Source of the DNA: Parcubacteria group bacterium | Lineage (GTDB): Bacteria > Patescibacteriota > Minisyncoccia > Phycocordibacterales > Phycocordibacteraceae | Assembly: GCA_028286605.1 (NCBI GenBank) | Contig: JAQBRE010000002.1 | Coordinates: forward strand, 262,011-326,010 | Length of the DNA stretch: 64,000 nucleotides | Reading direction: 5' to 3' | Shown here: piece after piece, positions 45,309 to 55,991 of the stretch | Layout of the letters: each line of letters starts with the position of its first letter | Position numbering within the stretch: the first letter of the stretch is position 1 | Made by a program: the position numbers and the translations under genes | The notes under the pieces: model-generated | What the model saw: only the letters and a program-made list of their open reading frames with translations | What the model was told of the DNA's origin: nothing | The model's database searches: none

Positions 45309-48300
45309 TTAATGCGCCCCTTCGTCTGAATCGAACTTCGCACGCACTGCTTTCCCTGGCCAGCGGTAATACAGCATTGGAATGAGCACGAGCGTAAGAA
45401 GGAGTGAGAAGGCGAGGCCGAACATGATGGCGACAGCGAGCGGACCGAAGAATGCAGAGGTGATGGCAAGCGGGACCATGCCGATGACCGTTACGACGGT
45501 CGTAAGAAGGATAGGGCGTAGTCGCGTAGACGCTGCTTCCACCACCACGTCTTCAAGCGAATGCGTCGGATTCTCACGATGGATGCGTGCGATGGAATCC
45601 ATCAGGATGATCGCGTGGTTGATGATCACGCCAGCTAAGGCGATGACGCCGAGCATCGACGTAAGCGATAGCGGTTGGCCCACGAGCAACAGACCAGCAA
45701 ACACGCCGACAAGCGAAAGAGGAATGATGAGCAGCAGATAGAACGAATGACGGAACGAGTTGAACTCAAGGATCAGGATACTGAGCATAAGCGCTGCGCC
45801 TGCGATAAGAGCGAAGATAAGCTCGACGAACGAATTCGTAACGTCTTGAGTCGCGCCGCCGAGGTCCATGGTGACGCCCGTGCCGATCATGGCCGGCGTG
45901 AATTTCTTCTGGAATTCTTTCGTCGCTTCGATAGCATTCGTCTTGCCGCTTACGTCTGCGGTAACGGTCGTGATGCGGTTGCCGTCCTGATGATTGATAG
46001 AGGATTGTGCAGCCTCATAGGAGATAGTCGCGATAGTGGAAAGGGGAACAGGGCCGTGTGCGCCTGGTACCGTAAGCGCACGGACGGAATCGATCGTCGT
46101 ATTCGTTGTCTGCGACGGATCCGCATAGTTCGGATTCAGATCGAGCTTGGTGTGTACTTCGATGTCGTCCTTACCGGCACGTATCGAAGTTGCTTTCTCG
46201 CTGAAGAGTGCAGTACGAAGCGTGTCGGCAACGACCGTCGGCGAGACGCCGAGCTGCGTTGCTTTGTCGCTGTCGAGCGTCACGACGAACTCCGCACTGG
46301 AATTCTCGGTGCTTGAATGAATGTTCACCACACCAGGAATAGAGGCGAGCGTATGCGCAGCGTTGTCTGCTGTCGTTGAAAGCGCATCAAGATCCTGGCC
46401 CGAGAACGTGATGGTGATGGGAGAAGCTGAAGGCGGGCCGCCTGCCGGTTCGCCAACCGTGATTGTCGCGGAGGTTATCGGTGCGAGCTGCGCGCGAAGT
46501 TCCGTTACCAGTTGCGCACTTGTCTGCTTGTGATTCTTCGGAAGATTGACCGTGATGTTTCCTACGTTGCTGCCTGAAGAAGGACCGGTAAGGCCGCCGC
46601 CTGCGAACGAGCTGCCTGCGCCTGCTTCGCTTACGAATGAAGCGACATGGGGATTCGCATACAGCACTTCCTCTACCTGGCGCACGGCAAGATCGGTTTC
46701 ATCGAGATCCGTACCCTGCGGCTTCTCAACCTGTACATATATATAATCGGAATCAGCACTCGGGAAGAAAATCGATTTCACGACACCGGTAAGCGGAAGC
46801 GCGAGCGCGACAAAGAACAGCACGACCATGCCTATAAGGAAGAAGTTCTGATTTCGCTTGTTGTTAAGCAGATGATGCAGGAAGTTCTGATACCACGCCT
46901 TTGCTTTGATGTTGTATCGCTCCTGCCACTCCTGAGACTTCGAATGCTCATCCTTCACGAACATGATCGCGAGCAGCGGCACGAAGCCGAGCGCGACGAA
47001 GATAGAAGCGAGCAACACGAAGATTATCGTGAACGGTATCGCGCCGAGGAATTTTCCGATGATACCGGAAAGAAAGAAGAGCGGCACGAAGACGACGATC
47101 GTCGTAAACGTTCCGGCAATGAGGGGCCATGCGTATTCACGGATTGCTGCGATAGCTGCTTCTTGTTTATCGCCGTATTTGAGTAATCGGGTATGGAATG
47201 CTTCCACCACGACGATGCCGGAATCCACGAGAATACCTATCGCAAGGATAAGCGCGAAGAGTGAGACTTCGTTCAGCGTATTGCCTGAAGCGAGCAAGCC
47301 GATGAATGCAACGAGGAAGGAAAGGGGAATCGATGCCGCAGCAACGAGCGATTCGCGCCAGCCGAGCGTAAGCAGCAGGATGATCATCACGAGGATGACG
47401 GTCTCGATACCTGCGCGCGAAAGCTCGACGAGGCTCTTGTTCACTTCGTCCGCGCCGTTGTATGAAACGACCGTCTCGGTTCCGGCAAGCGTCGTACCCT
47501 GCAGGCTTGCGAGTTCCTTCTGCACTGCTTGGGCCGTGGCGACGATATTGCCGCCACGTGCCTTGAAGACGCTCAGCGTGAGCGAAGGGTTCGCCGGCTT
47601 TCCGCTCACTGATACGCGCGAATAGGTAGTCGGGTCTTCAAGGCCGTCTACGACGTCAGCGACATCGCGTACGTGCAGCGCGATACCGCCAGGGCCGGTG
47701 ATAGCGACGTTCGCGACCTGATCGGTAGTCGTAATACCGGATTCGAACCGTACTGCATAATTCACGCCGTCTACGGTGATGTCGCCCGCAGGGGATGCAA
47801 CGCCGGCGGTACGGATAGCGTTCGTAACATCAGAAAGAGAAAGCCCATATTGCTGAAGTGCTGCCTGCTTCGCGATGACCTGTACCTGCCGTGCGCGTAC
47901 GCCGGAAACCTGCACGCTTGAAACGCCCGGTACGCGCTTCACGTCATCGGAAACCGTTCCACCAAGCGCGGTAAGTTCTTCCGGCGAAAGATTGCCTGAT
48001 ATAGAGACGATAAGGATCGGCGAGTCGGCGAAGTTTACGTCGGAGACGGTCGGTGTCGTTGCTTCTGTGGGCAAGTCCGGTTGCACTTTCGTAACGGCAT
48101 CCTTAAGGAGCTGGATAGACTTATCGATATTCGCGCTCGAATCGAATTCGACGGAAACGGAAGAGAAGCCATCGCCCGAGGTAGAAGTAACTTTCGAAAC
48201 ATGCGCCACGCCGAGCACGCCGTCTTCGATCTTGTCTGTAACGAGACGTTCAACGTCTGCAGATGATGCGCCGGGAAGTGCGGTCGTAATAACGCCGAGC

Positions 48301-48431
48301 GGTATGGAAATATCTGGTGTCGATTCCTTCGGAATCGACACCACGGCATAGAGACCCGCCGCAAGCAGCACGATCATCAGAAATACGGTGAAATGTTCTT
48401 TCTTAAGGAAGAAGCTCCAGAATTTTGTCAT
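45309..48431 (-). CDS. RND efflux transporter (AcrB-like, HAE family)
   Basis: 1040 aa with 12 TM helices and two large periplasmic loops. Confidence 0.9.
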   Translation of the reverse strand: MTKFWSFFLKKEHFTVFLMIVLLAAGLYAVVSIPKESTPDISIPLGVITTALPGASSADVERLVTDKIEDGVLGVAHVSKVTSTSGDGFSSVSVEFDSSANIDKSIQLLKDAVTKVQPDLPTEATTPTVSDVNFADSPILIVSISGNLSPEELTALGGTVSDDVKRVPGVSSVQVSGVRARQVQVIAKQAALQQYGLSLSDVTNAIRTAGVASPAGDITVDGVNYAVRFESGITTTDQVANVAITGPGGIALHVRDVADVVDGLEDPTTYSRVSVSGKPANPSLTLSVFKARGGNIVATAQAVQKELASLQGTTLAGTETVVSYNGADEVNKSLVELSRAGIETVILVMIILLLTLGWRESLVAAASIPLSFLVAFIGLLASGNTLNEVSLFALILAIGILVDSGIVVVEAFHTRLLKYGDKQEAAIAAIREYAWPLIAGTFTTIVVFVPLFFLSGIIGKFLGAIPFTIIFVLLASIFVALGFVPLLAIMFVKDEHSKSQEWQERYNIKAKAWYQNFLHHLLNNKRNQNFFLIGMVVLFFVALALPLTGVVKSIFFPSADSDYIYVQVEKPQGTDLDETDLAVRQVEEVLYANPHVASFVSEAGAGSSFAGGGLTGPSSGSNVGNITVNLPKNHKQTSAQLVTELRAQLAPITSATITVGEPAGGPPSASPITITFSGQDLDALSTTADNAAHTLASIPGVVNIHSSTENSSAEFVVTLDSDKATQLGVSPTVVADTLRTALFSEKATSIRAGKDDIEVHTKLDLNPNYADPSQTTNTTIDSVRALTVPGAHGPVPLSTIATISYEAAQSSINHQDGNRITTVTADVSGKTNAIEATKEFQKKFTPAMIGTGVTMDLGGATQDVTNSFVELIFALIAGAALMLSILILEFNSFRHSFYLLLIIPLSLVGVFAGLLLVGQPLSLTSMLGVIALAGVIINHAIILMDSIARIHRENPTHSLEDVVVEAASTRLRPILLTTVVTVIGMVPLAITSAFFGPLAVAIMFGLAFSLLLTLVLIPMLYYRWPGKAVRAKFDSDEGAH

Positions 48432-48436
48432 GCTCT

Positions 48437-50002
48437 TTATATACTAGCCTGCGTGCTCGTTGAAACCTGCACTTTTTCACCTTCAGAAAGGCCGCGCGCG
48501 TCAGTAACGATCATAAGGTCTGGCGTAATGCCGTTCGTTATCTCGATACGATCGCTAATGACGTTTCCGATCTTCACGATGTGCGCAACGAGCAGGTCGT
48601 TCCCGTCTACCGTGAAGACGACGCTCTGATTCGCTGAAAGCTTAACGGCTGCGAGCGGAAGAAGTATCGGCGATGCAGCGGATGTGGTACTCGTGGCCAC
48701 CGTAGATTTTGATGGCAGCGCGCTCGCGAATCCGATACGTACGCTCTGACCGTTCTCAAGATTAGTCGCTCCGCTTACAGCGATATCAACTTCTATCTGT
48801 TTGGTCGTAGGATCAAGCGCCGGTGCGATCGTCGTGATGATTCCGTCATAGGAATCATTGATGCGCACTTTCATGCCGGTCGTGATATTCGCGCGATCAT
48901 CTTGTGAAATGAAGGCGACGATCTCAAGCGAACCGTTATTCGCCACCGTTGCTACATGCATGAGCTGCGTTACGTAATCACCTACATGGATAGGAAGGAA
49001 GTTCACCGTGCCGCCGATAGGAGCGCGTACGACTGTCTTCTCAAGATTCGCTTGTGCGAGGCGAAGAGAACCGAGCGCAGATTTCACATTCGCATCAACG
49101 CTCGCCGTTGAAGAGGTGCTTTTTGCACGATACGCAGCGCGTGCGCTGGAAACCGCAGCGAGCTGAGCATTGATGCTCGCACGTGCGGAAGCTAAGGCTG
49201 CATTCTGCGCAGGCGTTACATGCGAATCAGCTTCGCCAGAAATGGCAGCGATCTGATCGAGCAAGCTGCTTACCGATTGCAGATCACTCTGCGATTCGTT
49301 AAGAAGGTCATCAACGGAACGCGTATTCGCGCTCGCGATATTCGCGCTGCGCTGCGTCATCGTTTCATCAAGCTGCTGACGATGCGTCTCGATATCGCTG
49401 GCGGTTGGCTTAAGCACGAATTGCGGACCGAATGGCGTGGGATTACCGAAGAAAAGATCTACCTGCGTCGTGAGCGTTGAATCAATAGCAGCGATCGTTG
49501 ATTTGTAAGCATTACGCGCATCGGTGTCTGCATCTTGGGGTGAAACAGCGGCGCCAGCGGCGATAGCTGCATCATAGGCGCCCTGCGCCTGCAGTACCTG
49601 TGCGCGCTCGGTGTCATTATTAAGTTCAGCGATAACGAATCCCGCCGGAACGACACTGCCGAGCTGGGCATGTACCGCTTCAACGGTGCCGCCGGCCTGA
49701 GCAAGGAGATTTGCTTCAGAAACGGAACGAACATTACCGACCACGCTTACAGAATCGCCGCCGCCCTCAAGACTGTTTACGGATTGCACCGTTACCGTGC
49801 GGAGCTGATCGGCAGTCGTGGCAGTACCTCCCGAACGGGCAAGCACGACGCCACCGACCACGAGCGCAGCGATGACTGCAACGATCGTTACCTGCTGCCA
49901 GCGCTTACGTGCCTTGAACCATACCCATATACGCTTCGAGCCAGTGCGGATATTCGTACCGAGTTTCTTCGTCCAGGAGATAATAGGTTTCATTACCTTC
50001 AC
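48437..50002 (-). CDS. Efflux RND periplasmic adaptor (MFP) with long Ala/Ser-rich insertion
   Basis: N-terminal TM, a biotinyl/lipoyl-like hairpin and a beta-barrel; 521 aa, against a typical 350-400. Confidence 0.7.
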   Translation of the reverse strand: MKVMKPIISWTKKLGTNIRTGSKRIWVWFKARKRWQQVTIVAVIAALVVGGVVLARSGGTATTADQLRTVTVQSVNSLEGGGDSVSVVGNVRSVSEANLLAQAGGTVEAVHAQLGSVVPAGFVIAELNNDTERAQVLQAQGAYDAAIAAGAAVSPQDADTDARNAYKSTIAAIDSTLTTQVDLFFGNPTPFGPQFVLKPTASDIETHRQQLDETMTQRSANIASANTRSVDDLLNESQSDLQSVSSLLDQIAAISGEADSHVTPAQNAALASARASINAQLAAVSSARAAYRAKSTSSTASVDANVKSALGSLRLAQANLEKTVVRAPIGGTVNFLPIHVGDYVTQLMHVATVANNGSLEIVAFISQDDRANITTGMKVRINDSYDGIITTIAPALDPTTKQIEVDIAVSGATNLENGQSVRIGFASALPSKSTVATSTTSAASPILLPLAAVKLSANQSVVFTVDGNDLLVAHIVKIGNVISDRIEITNGITPDLMIVTDARGLSEGEKVQVSTSTQASI

Positions 50003-50079
50003 TATAGATTGAAAACAGCTTGAGTCAATTGTTTATTGCTCATGCGCGCTTCATGAAAAGGGCGTACACTAATTCTTAT

Positions 50080-50988
50080 ATGAAGAATACTACCTATATA
50101 TGGACGGCGATTATTATACTCGTGCTGCTTATCGCTTCAGGCGCGTATGCTTACGTGCATATCAATAGCCTGAAACAGCAATTGAGCATGGCGAGCACGA
50201 CGCCGATGATGGCGGGTGCAGCGACGCAGTATTCCTGTTCGCAGGGAAGCCTTTCGGCTACCTTCGGTACATCAAGCGTGATGCTTATGCTTCCAAACGC
50301 GCGCATGCTGACGCTTCCGCAGGCTGTTTCTGGTTCTGGTTTTCGCTATGAAAGCGGCACGATCGTCTTCAATGGAAAGGGTAGTAGTGCGACTCTTACT
50401 GAAAACGGCACGGTTACCTATGGAAATTGTCTCGCGGGAACGAATGCAAGCACCGGTACGGCAGGCGACACGAATGCCGGCATGAAGACCTTCACAGACA
50501 GCAGTAACACTTTTAAGTTCACATATCCAGGCATGTTCGCGCTTACCGGTTCTGATGCGGGTTATACCAACGACTGGTCTGCAGGTTCCGCACAGCTCGG
50601 CTTGGTTCTTGCGCAGGTAACGATTCCTCAGTCCTTCGAGCCGAAGACGAACTTCGGTGATGCGAAGTTTACGGTGGGAACGAGTGCCGACCCTGCCGCA
50701 GTGAAGGGATGCCTCACTCAGGCGAACGGCAGTATGACGAAAGCTCCGGTAAACGTAACTATCAACGGTGTGAAGTATGCGAAGCTCACGTTCGGTGATG
50801 CAGGCGCAGGAAATCTGTACGACACGACCAGCTACCGCACGGTAAAGAATAATCAGTGCTACGCGATCGAATACACGATCCACTCTTCGCAATTCGCCAA
50901 TTATCCTGCAGGCTCCATCACCATGTTTGACCAAGCGAAGATACAGAGCACGCTCGATTCCATCGCGCAAAGCTTCAGCTTCCTCTAA
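50080..50988 (+). CDS. Secreted MliC-domain (lysozyme-inhibitor-like) fusion protein
   Basis: Signal/TM YIWTAIIILVLLIASGAYAYV, then YSCSQGSLSATF...LPQAVSGSGFRYESG...VTYGNC (MliC pattern with 2 Cys), followed by a roughly 180 aa extra domain. Confidence 0.55.
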   Translation: MKNTTYIWTAIIILVLLIASGAYAYVHINSLKQQLSMASTTPMMAGAATQYSCSQGSLSATFGTSSVMLMLPNARMLTLPQAVSGSGFRYESGTIVFNGKGSSATLTENGTVTYGNCLAGTNASTGTAGDTNAGMKTFTDSSNTFKFTYPGMFALTGSDAGYTNDWSAGSAQLGLVLAQVTIPQSFEPKTNFGDAKFTVGTSADPAAVKGCLTQANGSMTKAPVNVTINGVKYAKLTFGDAGAGNLYDTTSYRTVKNNQCYAIEYTIHSSQFANYPAGSITMFDQAKIQSTLDSIAQSFSFL

Positions 50989-51038
50989 TCTTCATACCGG
51001 TTGTTCTTTAATGGGCAGGTTATCCCTAACCATCCCGT

Positions 51039-51578
51039 ATGAAGAAATTTACTGTTGGCATATTCGAGAATCGAGAGAATGCTGAAAAGGCGATTAACCG
51101 TGCACATAATGAGCTGAACATCCCGACCGATGATCTTTCATTCATCTATCGCAACAGCGACGGAGAGGTTAAGGAAGTGCATACGGGCGACATCGCCACT
51201 GATACGCCTGCTGAAGGTGCTGGTCGCGGCGCTGCTGTCGGTGCGACTATCGGTGCATTAGCTGGCCTTGCGACCGTCGCTGGCGTTATTCCTGTTATCG
51301 GTCCGCTGTTCGCCGCCGGCCCAATCGCGATCGCGCTGGGGCTTACGGGTGCCGTTGGCACGACGGCGGCTGCAGCTGCTACGGGCGCCATCGCCGGCGG
51401 CCTTATCGGTGCACTCGTGAACATGGGTGTGGGCGAAGAGAACGCGAAGCGCTATGCAGACCGCGTGCAATCCGGTGACGTACTCGTTTCTGCCTATGCG
51501 CAGGATGACATAGACGTACGCGCGCTCTTCCTTGATGCTGGTGCGCTCGAGACTGAAGGCTACGGACTCGCTGTATAA
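51039..51578 (+). CDS. YflT/general-stress-protein-17M-like protein with Gly/Ala-zipper segment
   Basis: N-terminus KFTVGIFENRENAEKAINRAHNELNIPTDDLSFIY resembles YflT; the central G/A-rich membrane-like stretch fits. Confidence 0.55.
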   Translation: MKKFTVGIFENRENAEKAINRAHNELNIPTDDLSFIYRNSDGEVKEVHTGDIATDTPAEGAGRGAAVGATIGALAGLATVAGVIPVIGPLFAAGPIAIALGLTGAVGTTAAAAATGAIAGGLIGALVNMGVGEENAKRYADRVQSGDVLVSAYAQDDIDVRALFLDAGALETEGYGLAV

Positions 51579-51769
51579 GATAGTACGTATCTTCATCATC
51601 AATTCACTACTCCTTATATAGGATGTGAAGGTATGAAATACCGAACGGCAAACCGACACAGCATACGTTTTATCCTTCGTCGCTTCACGCGCACGATTAA
51701 AGACGCTTTCACTGAAGCATTCGAAGACGTTACGGTTACCGCGTATCGCACATTCGCGTAATAAGAATA

Positions 51770-51840
51770 AAGGAACGCACGCAGGCCGCTTTGCATAATG
51801 CTAAAATGCATCTATGCAAAGCGGCCTGCGTGCGTTCCTT
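51770..51840. repeat. Perfect 28-bp inverted repeat with 15-nt spacer (AAGGAACGCACGCAGGCCGCTTTGCATA ... TATGCAAAGCGGCCTGCGTGCGTTCCTT)
   Basis: Verified base by base; ends 6 nt before the mltG ATG. Confidence 0.9.
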
Positions 51841-51846
51841 GTACAT

Positions 51847-52833
51847 ATGCGAAAGAAGAACTGGAGGCGCATCGGTATCCGTGCGCTTCTTATCGTAATC
51901 GCACTTATCGTTACGAGCGGGCTCGTATACGCGCACATCTTCGGCCCTACGAATATCTATGGCCAAAGCACGCAATTCATCATTCCGGAGGGTGATACCG
52001 TTTCGCAGGTTGCGGACATGCTCAAAGCGCAAGGATTCGTGCGAAGCAGCGTCGCCTTCCAGATAGCGCTCATCGGTAAAGTGAGCTCACGCGGGATACG
52101 GCCCGGCGGGTATGAAATTTCTTCGAGCATGGACACGTGGACTATCGCGCAGACGCTCGCTGAACCGCCGTATCTAGTGTTCGTAACGTTTCCGCAAGGC
52201 TCGCGTAAAGAACAGATGGCAGATATTCTGGCTAACGCGCTTTTCTGGACTGATGCGCAGAAGAAAGAATGGCTGACCGTAGATACCGCAGCAACCGGCA
52301 CGCTTCCCGAAGGAGATTATTATCCGGACACCTATCTTATTCCTTCGGATCAATCACCCGCAGATGTCGCTGCGCGCTTGCGCGGCCGATTCACGGACAC
52401 GTTCGCTCCGTACATCGCTGAAACGAAGAAGAAAGGTCTCGATTGGAACAAAGTGCTTACGCTCGCGTCTATCGTTGAACGCGAGTCTGCAATAAACGAC
52501 CGCACGCTCGTTGCAGGAATTCTATGGAATCGCCTGAACGATGGTATGAAGCTGCAGGCAGATGCAACGCTGCAGTATGCGAAGGGAACAGAAGGGAATT
52601 GGTGGCCCGTGCCACACAGCGCAGACAAATACATCGATTCGCCGTACAACACCTATGAGCACACCGGGCTTCCGCCATATCCGATTGCGAACCCAAGCCC
52701 TGCATCGGTCGCTGCGGTCCTTGATCCGCAGGCTACGAACTGCATCTTCTACCTGCACGATAACGACCACGTGATTCATTGTTCTGCTACGTATGCAGGC
52801 CAGCAGCACAATGTTACGAAGTATTTAAAATAG
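51847..52833 (+). CDS. mltG: Endolytic murein transglycosylase MltG (YceG family)
   Basis: N-terminal TM and a YceG-like domain; start at ATG 51847 (the track ORF 51814 starts inside the palindrome). Confidence 0.8.
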   Translation: MRKKNWRRIGIRALLIVIALIVTSGLVYAHIFGPTNIYGQSTQFIIPEGDTVSQVADMLKAQGFVRSSVAFQIALIGKVSSRGIRPGGYEISSSMDTWTIAQTLAEPPYLVFVTFPQGSRKEQMADILANALFWTDAQKKEWLTVDTAATGTLPEGDYYPDTYLIPSDQSPADVAARLRGRFTDTFAPYIAETKKKGLDWNKVLTLASIVERESAINDRTLVAGILWNRLNDGMKLQADATLQYAKGTEGNWWPVPHSADKYIDSPYNTYEHTGLPPYPIANPSPASVAAVLDPQATNCIFYLHDNDHVIHCSATYAGQQHNVTKYLK

Positions 52834-53493
52834 ATTCGAAAGAATAGAAGCGAGCGCAGAAGAAGTTATAACGGTGGCTCCCGAAGGGTTCGTAACTATG
52901 ACGATAGAGTCGTCATAGGCGAGCAGGGCAGCGCCGATGCCTTTTCGTACATTCACCTGCACAAGAACGCCGCGATGCTCCGCATCGCGGCTCTTCTCAT
53001 CTAGCCCCAGGTCATTCAAAAAATCCTTCGACGAAATTATAACCACGCACTTCTTCGAACGCGCATAGAACGCAAGATCGAACACGGCCTGCACGCTTTT
53101 CACATCTGCATACTGCATCACTTCGATTCCGCTACTCGCGGCAGGCGTTCGTGTCGCCAACTGCGAAATCAAACTTTGTACCGCATCTTCTTTTTCCATG
53201 AGCGCATTCTTCTGCTGTTCAATCCATCCAAGCAATCGTCCGGGCACTTCCATACGAAACGCGCTCTTGCCATCGCGATCGCGTTCCGCAACCAACCCTT
53301 TCTCGTTCAGCGTATGCAGCGCGTGATAAATGGTGGGACGCTTCACGCCAGTAGCCGTACCAATTTCCTGCACCGTAATCGAATCAAGAGTCTGGCCAGC
53401 CAGATATATGGATGCCTCAGTATCCGTTAGTCCGACCTCCTCCAACAGTTTCTGCAAGTCAGAGCTTGCGTCATTGGTATTACTTGCTTTCAT
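52825..53493 (-). CDS. TrmB-family transcriptional regulator
   Basis: N-terminal HTH (LTDTEASIYLAGQTLDSITVQEIGTATGVKRPTIYHALHTLNEKGLV). Confidence 0.6.
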   Translation of the reverse strand: MKASNTNDASSDLQKLLEEVGLTDTEASIYLAGQTLDSITVQEIGTATGVKRPTIYHALHTLNEKGLVAERDRDGKSAFRMEVPGRLLGWIEQQKNALMEKEDAVQSLISQLATRTPAASSGIEVMQYADVKSVQAVFDLAFYARSKKCVVIISSKDFLNDLGLDEKSRDAEHRGVLVQVNVRKGIGAALLAYDDSIVIVTNPSGATVITSSALASILSNLF

Positions 53494-53602
53494 AGTCGTA
53501 TTAATTATAACCCTTCGTTGACATTTACGGGAAAACTAATTGACAATAGCGAATATATATGCTATATATAGATCAGCCACAGCAATAAGGAGACATCTTC
53601 TA

Positions 53603-54001
53603 ATGCGCCTGTTCCTCACAACCATTCTCGCTGGTATTGCGCTCTCCGCGTCCGCCAGCGCCCAAGTAGTTCCGCCGATAATCATTGTCACGCCCATGCC
53701 TCTGGTCAGTGCTCCGAATCCGCGGCAAGTGCCAATTGAGGGTACTGACCTGATTGTGCGTTCCAGCACTGGGCTGACCTACGATCATCGCCAATACCTA
53801 CGTCACTTGAGCGCCAGTTGCCTCAAGCAGGTTGGGCACATGCAACCCGATCCTATCGGCCCATGGGATGGCGGCCAAGCACTGGACTTGTGTGTCCGGC
53901 TCGATTTCCGGCTCGCCGTGCAGATGCATGACCTTCCAGCTAATGTACATCTGGAAAAGGATCCTCACACGGTCTCGCCGCTTATGGTGAGACTTAAGTA
54001 A
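53603..54001 (+). CDS. Small secreted protein (hypothetical)
   Basis: Signal peptide MRLFLTTILAGIALSASASAQ; start at the internal Met of track ORF 53540. Confidence 0.45.
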   Translation: MRLFLTTILAGIALSASASAQVVPPIIIVTPMPLVSAPNPRQVPIEGTDLIVRSSTGLTYDHRQYLRHLSASCLKQVGHMQPDPIGPWDGGQALDLCVRLDFRLAVQMHDLPANVHLEKDPHTVSPLMVRLK

Positions 54002-54021
54002 GATTCGCTTTCTCCGCTCGC

Positions 54022-54051
54022 ACCGCCCCTTCATCTGAAGGGGCGGTTTTC
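54022..54051. terminator. Intrinsic terminator
   Basis: CCGCCCCTT-CATCTG-AAGGGGCGG-TTTT. Confidence 0.75.
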
Positions 54052-54132
54052 ATTGACGCAAACGCCTTTTAAGGGTATTTTAGATATATCAGCCCGAGGG
54101 GCATTTTTATTTTATTCTATTGAATTAGCAGT

Positions 54133-55926
54133 ATGGAAATCCGAAACATCGCCATCATCGCTCACGTGGACCACGGCAAGACCACGCTTACTGACGCTCT
54201 TATGCGCCAGACTGGTGCCGTTGCCGAAGGCGTCTCGATGGACTCCAACTCGCTCGAGCAGGAACGCGGTATCACTATCTATTCGAAGAACACGTCTATC
54301 GAATACAAGGGTACGAAGATCAACATCGTCGATACCCCAGGACACGCGGATTTCGGCTCTGAAGTGGAGCGCGTGCTTCGCTCTATCGACTCCGTGCTAC
54401 TCGTCGTTGATGCGCAGGAAGGCCCGATGCCGCAGACGCGCTTCGTTCTTAAGAAGAGCCTTGAGCTCGGCATCAAGCCTATCGTCGTCCTGAACAAGAT
54501 CGACAAGGCTGCTGCGAATCCTGCACAGGCAGAAGAGCAGGTGCTTGAACTCTTCCTTGAGCTCGGCGCATCGGACGCACAGGCAGATTTCACGAGCGTA
54601 TACGCGATCGGCCGTGAAGGCGTCGCGATGAAGAAGCTTGAAGATCCTCGCGTGGACCTCACGCCGCTTCTGGACACCATCCTTGAACTCGTACCGCCAG
54701 CAACGAAGCCGGAAGATGTCGCGAAGCCTGCAAAGCTTCAGGCATTCAACCTCGCCTACGATAACTTCCTCGGCCGCCTCGCTATCTGCCGCATCTACGA
54801 AGGAAAGATTCATCCTAATGACACCGTAACGGTTAAGAAGCCAGATGGAACGAGCCGTACCGGCAAGATCACGAAGGTATTCACGTTCAAGGGTATCGAG
54901 CGCGTAGAGACTCAGGAAGCAGAAGCAGGCGACATCGTTATCGTTGCTGGTCTTCCGGACATTTTCATTGGAGAGACCATCACTATGGATGCGAACACGG
55001 AACCGCTTCCAGCAATCGCTATCGATGAGCCGACCATCACCGTTAACTTCCTCGTTAACAACTCGCCATTCGCAGGACGCGAAGGGAAGTATGTAACGAG
55101 CCGCCAGCTCCGCGAGTATCTCGAGCGCGAGCTCGAAGTGAACGTGGGACTTAAGATCGATTTCGTCTCGCCTGATTCCTTCCAGGTTTCCGGTCGTGGC
55201 GAATTGCATATCGCTATTCTCCTTGAGAACATGCGCCGCGCAGGGTACGAGCTTCAGGTCTCGCAGCCGCAGGTCATCATCCGCGAAGTGGATGGACACA
55301 AGATGGAGCCATTCGAGGAAGTCATCATCGATACGCCAAGCGCGTACCAGGGTGCCATCATCGAGCGCCTCGGCACGCGTGCATTCGTGATGCAGAACCT
55401 TACGCAGCATGACGATTCCGTTCGCCTTACGTTCGAAGGACCGACACGCGGACTCCTCGGCTATCGCAACCAGTTCGTTATCGACACGAAGGGCGAAGGC
55501 ATCCTTTCTTCCCGCGTCCTCGACTTCAAGCCGTTCGCAGGCGAGATCAAGAAGCGCCAGACGGGCTCGATGATCTCTATGGCAACCGGCAAGGCACTCG
55601 GCTATGCGCTGTGGGCTATGCAGGAGCGCGGCGTTCTCTACATCGTTCCGGCTACGGAAGTGTATGAAGGTATGGTCATGGGCAACACGAGCAAGGGCGA
55701 GGAAATGGTGGTGAACCCTACGAAGGGTAAGAACCTCACGAACGTCCGTTCTTCCGGTAACGACGAAGCGATCACGCTCGTCCCAGCCTACGAGCTCACC
55801 ATCGAGCGCGGCCTCGAAGTCATGGCTGAAGACGAATACCTTGAGATTACTCCGGTATCTGTTCGCCTCCGCAAGATGCACCTCACGGAAAGCGCCCGTT
55901 CGAAGAACAAAGGCAAGTCGGCTTAG
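54133..55926 (+). CDS. typA: Translational GTPase TypA/BipA
   Basis: [17 protein letters not shown] (G1 motif), DTPGH; 597 aa EF-G-like architecture. Confidence 0.95.
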   Translation: MEIRNIAIIAHVDHGKTTLTDALMRQTGAVAEGVSMDSNSLEQERGITIYSKNTSIEYKGTKINIVDTPGHADFGSEVERVLRSIDSVLLVVDAQEGPMPQTRFVLKKSLELGIKPIVVLNKIDKAAANPAQAEEQVLELFLELGASDAQADFTSVYAIGREGVAMKKLEDPRVDLTPLLDTILELVPPATKPEDVAKPAKLQAFNLAYDNFLGRLAICRIYEGKIHPNDTVTVKKPDGTSRTGKITKVFTFKGIERVETQEAEAGDIVIVAGLPDIFIGETITMDANTEPLPAIAIDEPTITVNFLVNNSPFAGREGKYVTSRQLREYLERELEVNVGLKIDFVSPDSFQVSGRGELHIAILLENMRRAGYELQVSQPQVIIREVDGHKMEPFEEVIIDTPSAYQGAIIERLGTRAFVMQNLTQHDDSVRLTFEGPTRGLLGYRNQFVIDTKGEGILSSRVLDFKPFAGEIKKRQTGSMISMATGKALGYALWAMQERGVLYIVPATEVYEGMVMGNTSKGEEMVVNPTKGKNLTNVRSSGNDEAITLVPAYELTIERGLEVMAEDEYLEITPVSVRLRKMHLTESARSKNKGKSA

Positions 55927-55991
55927 GTCCTCATCAATCCTTCAGCATTCCTAATGCATGATGCGCGTATTACTCACGTAACGCGCATTTC

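Noticed and set aside
45382-48364. ORFs embedded in the RND pump gene on either strand
   Set aside because: They are shadow ORFs within a 1040-aa gene with continuous homology.
51614-51811. 65-aa minus-strand ORF starting MHFSIMQSGLRAFL
   Set aside because: Its N-terminus is generated by the palindrome, since the same peptide is encoded on both strands. There is no independent support.
54112-55881. ORFs antisense to typA (54112..54345-, 54279..54680-, 54397..55881-)
   Set aside because: They are shadow ORFs inside a highly conserved GTPase gene.
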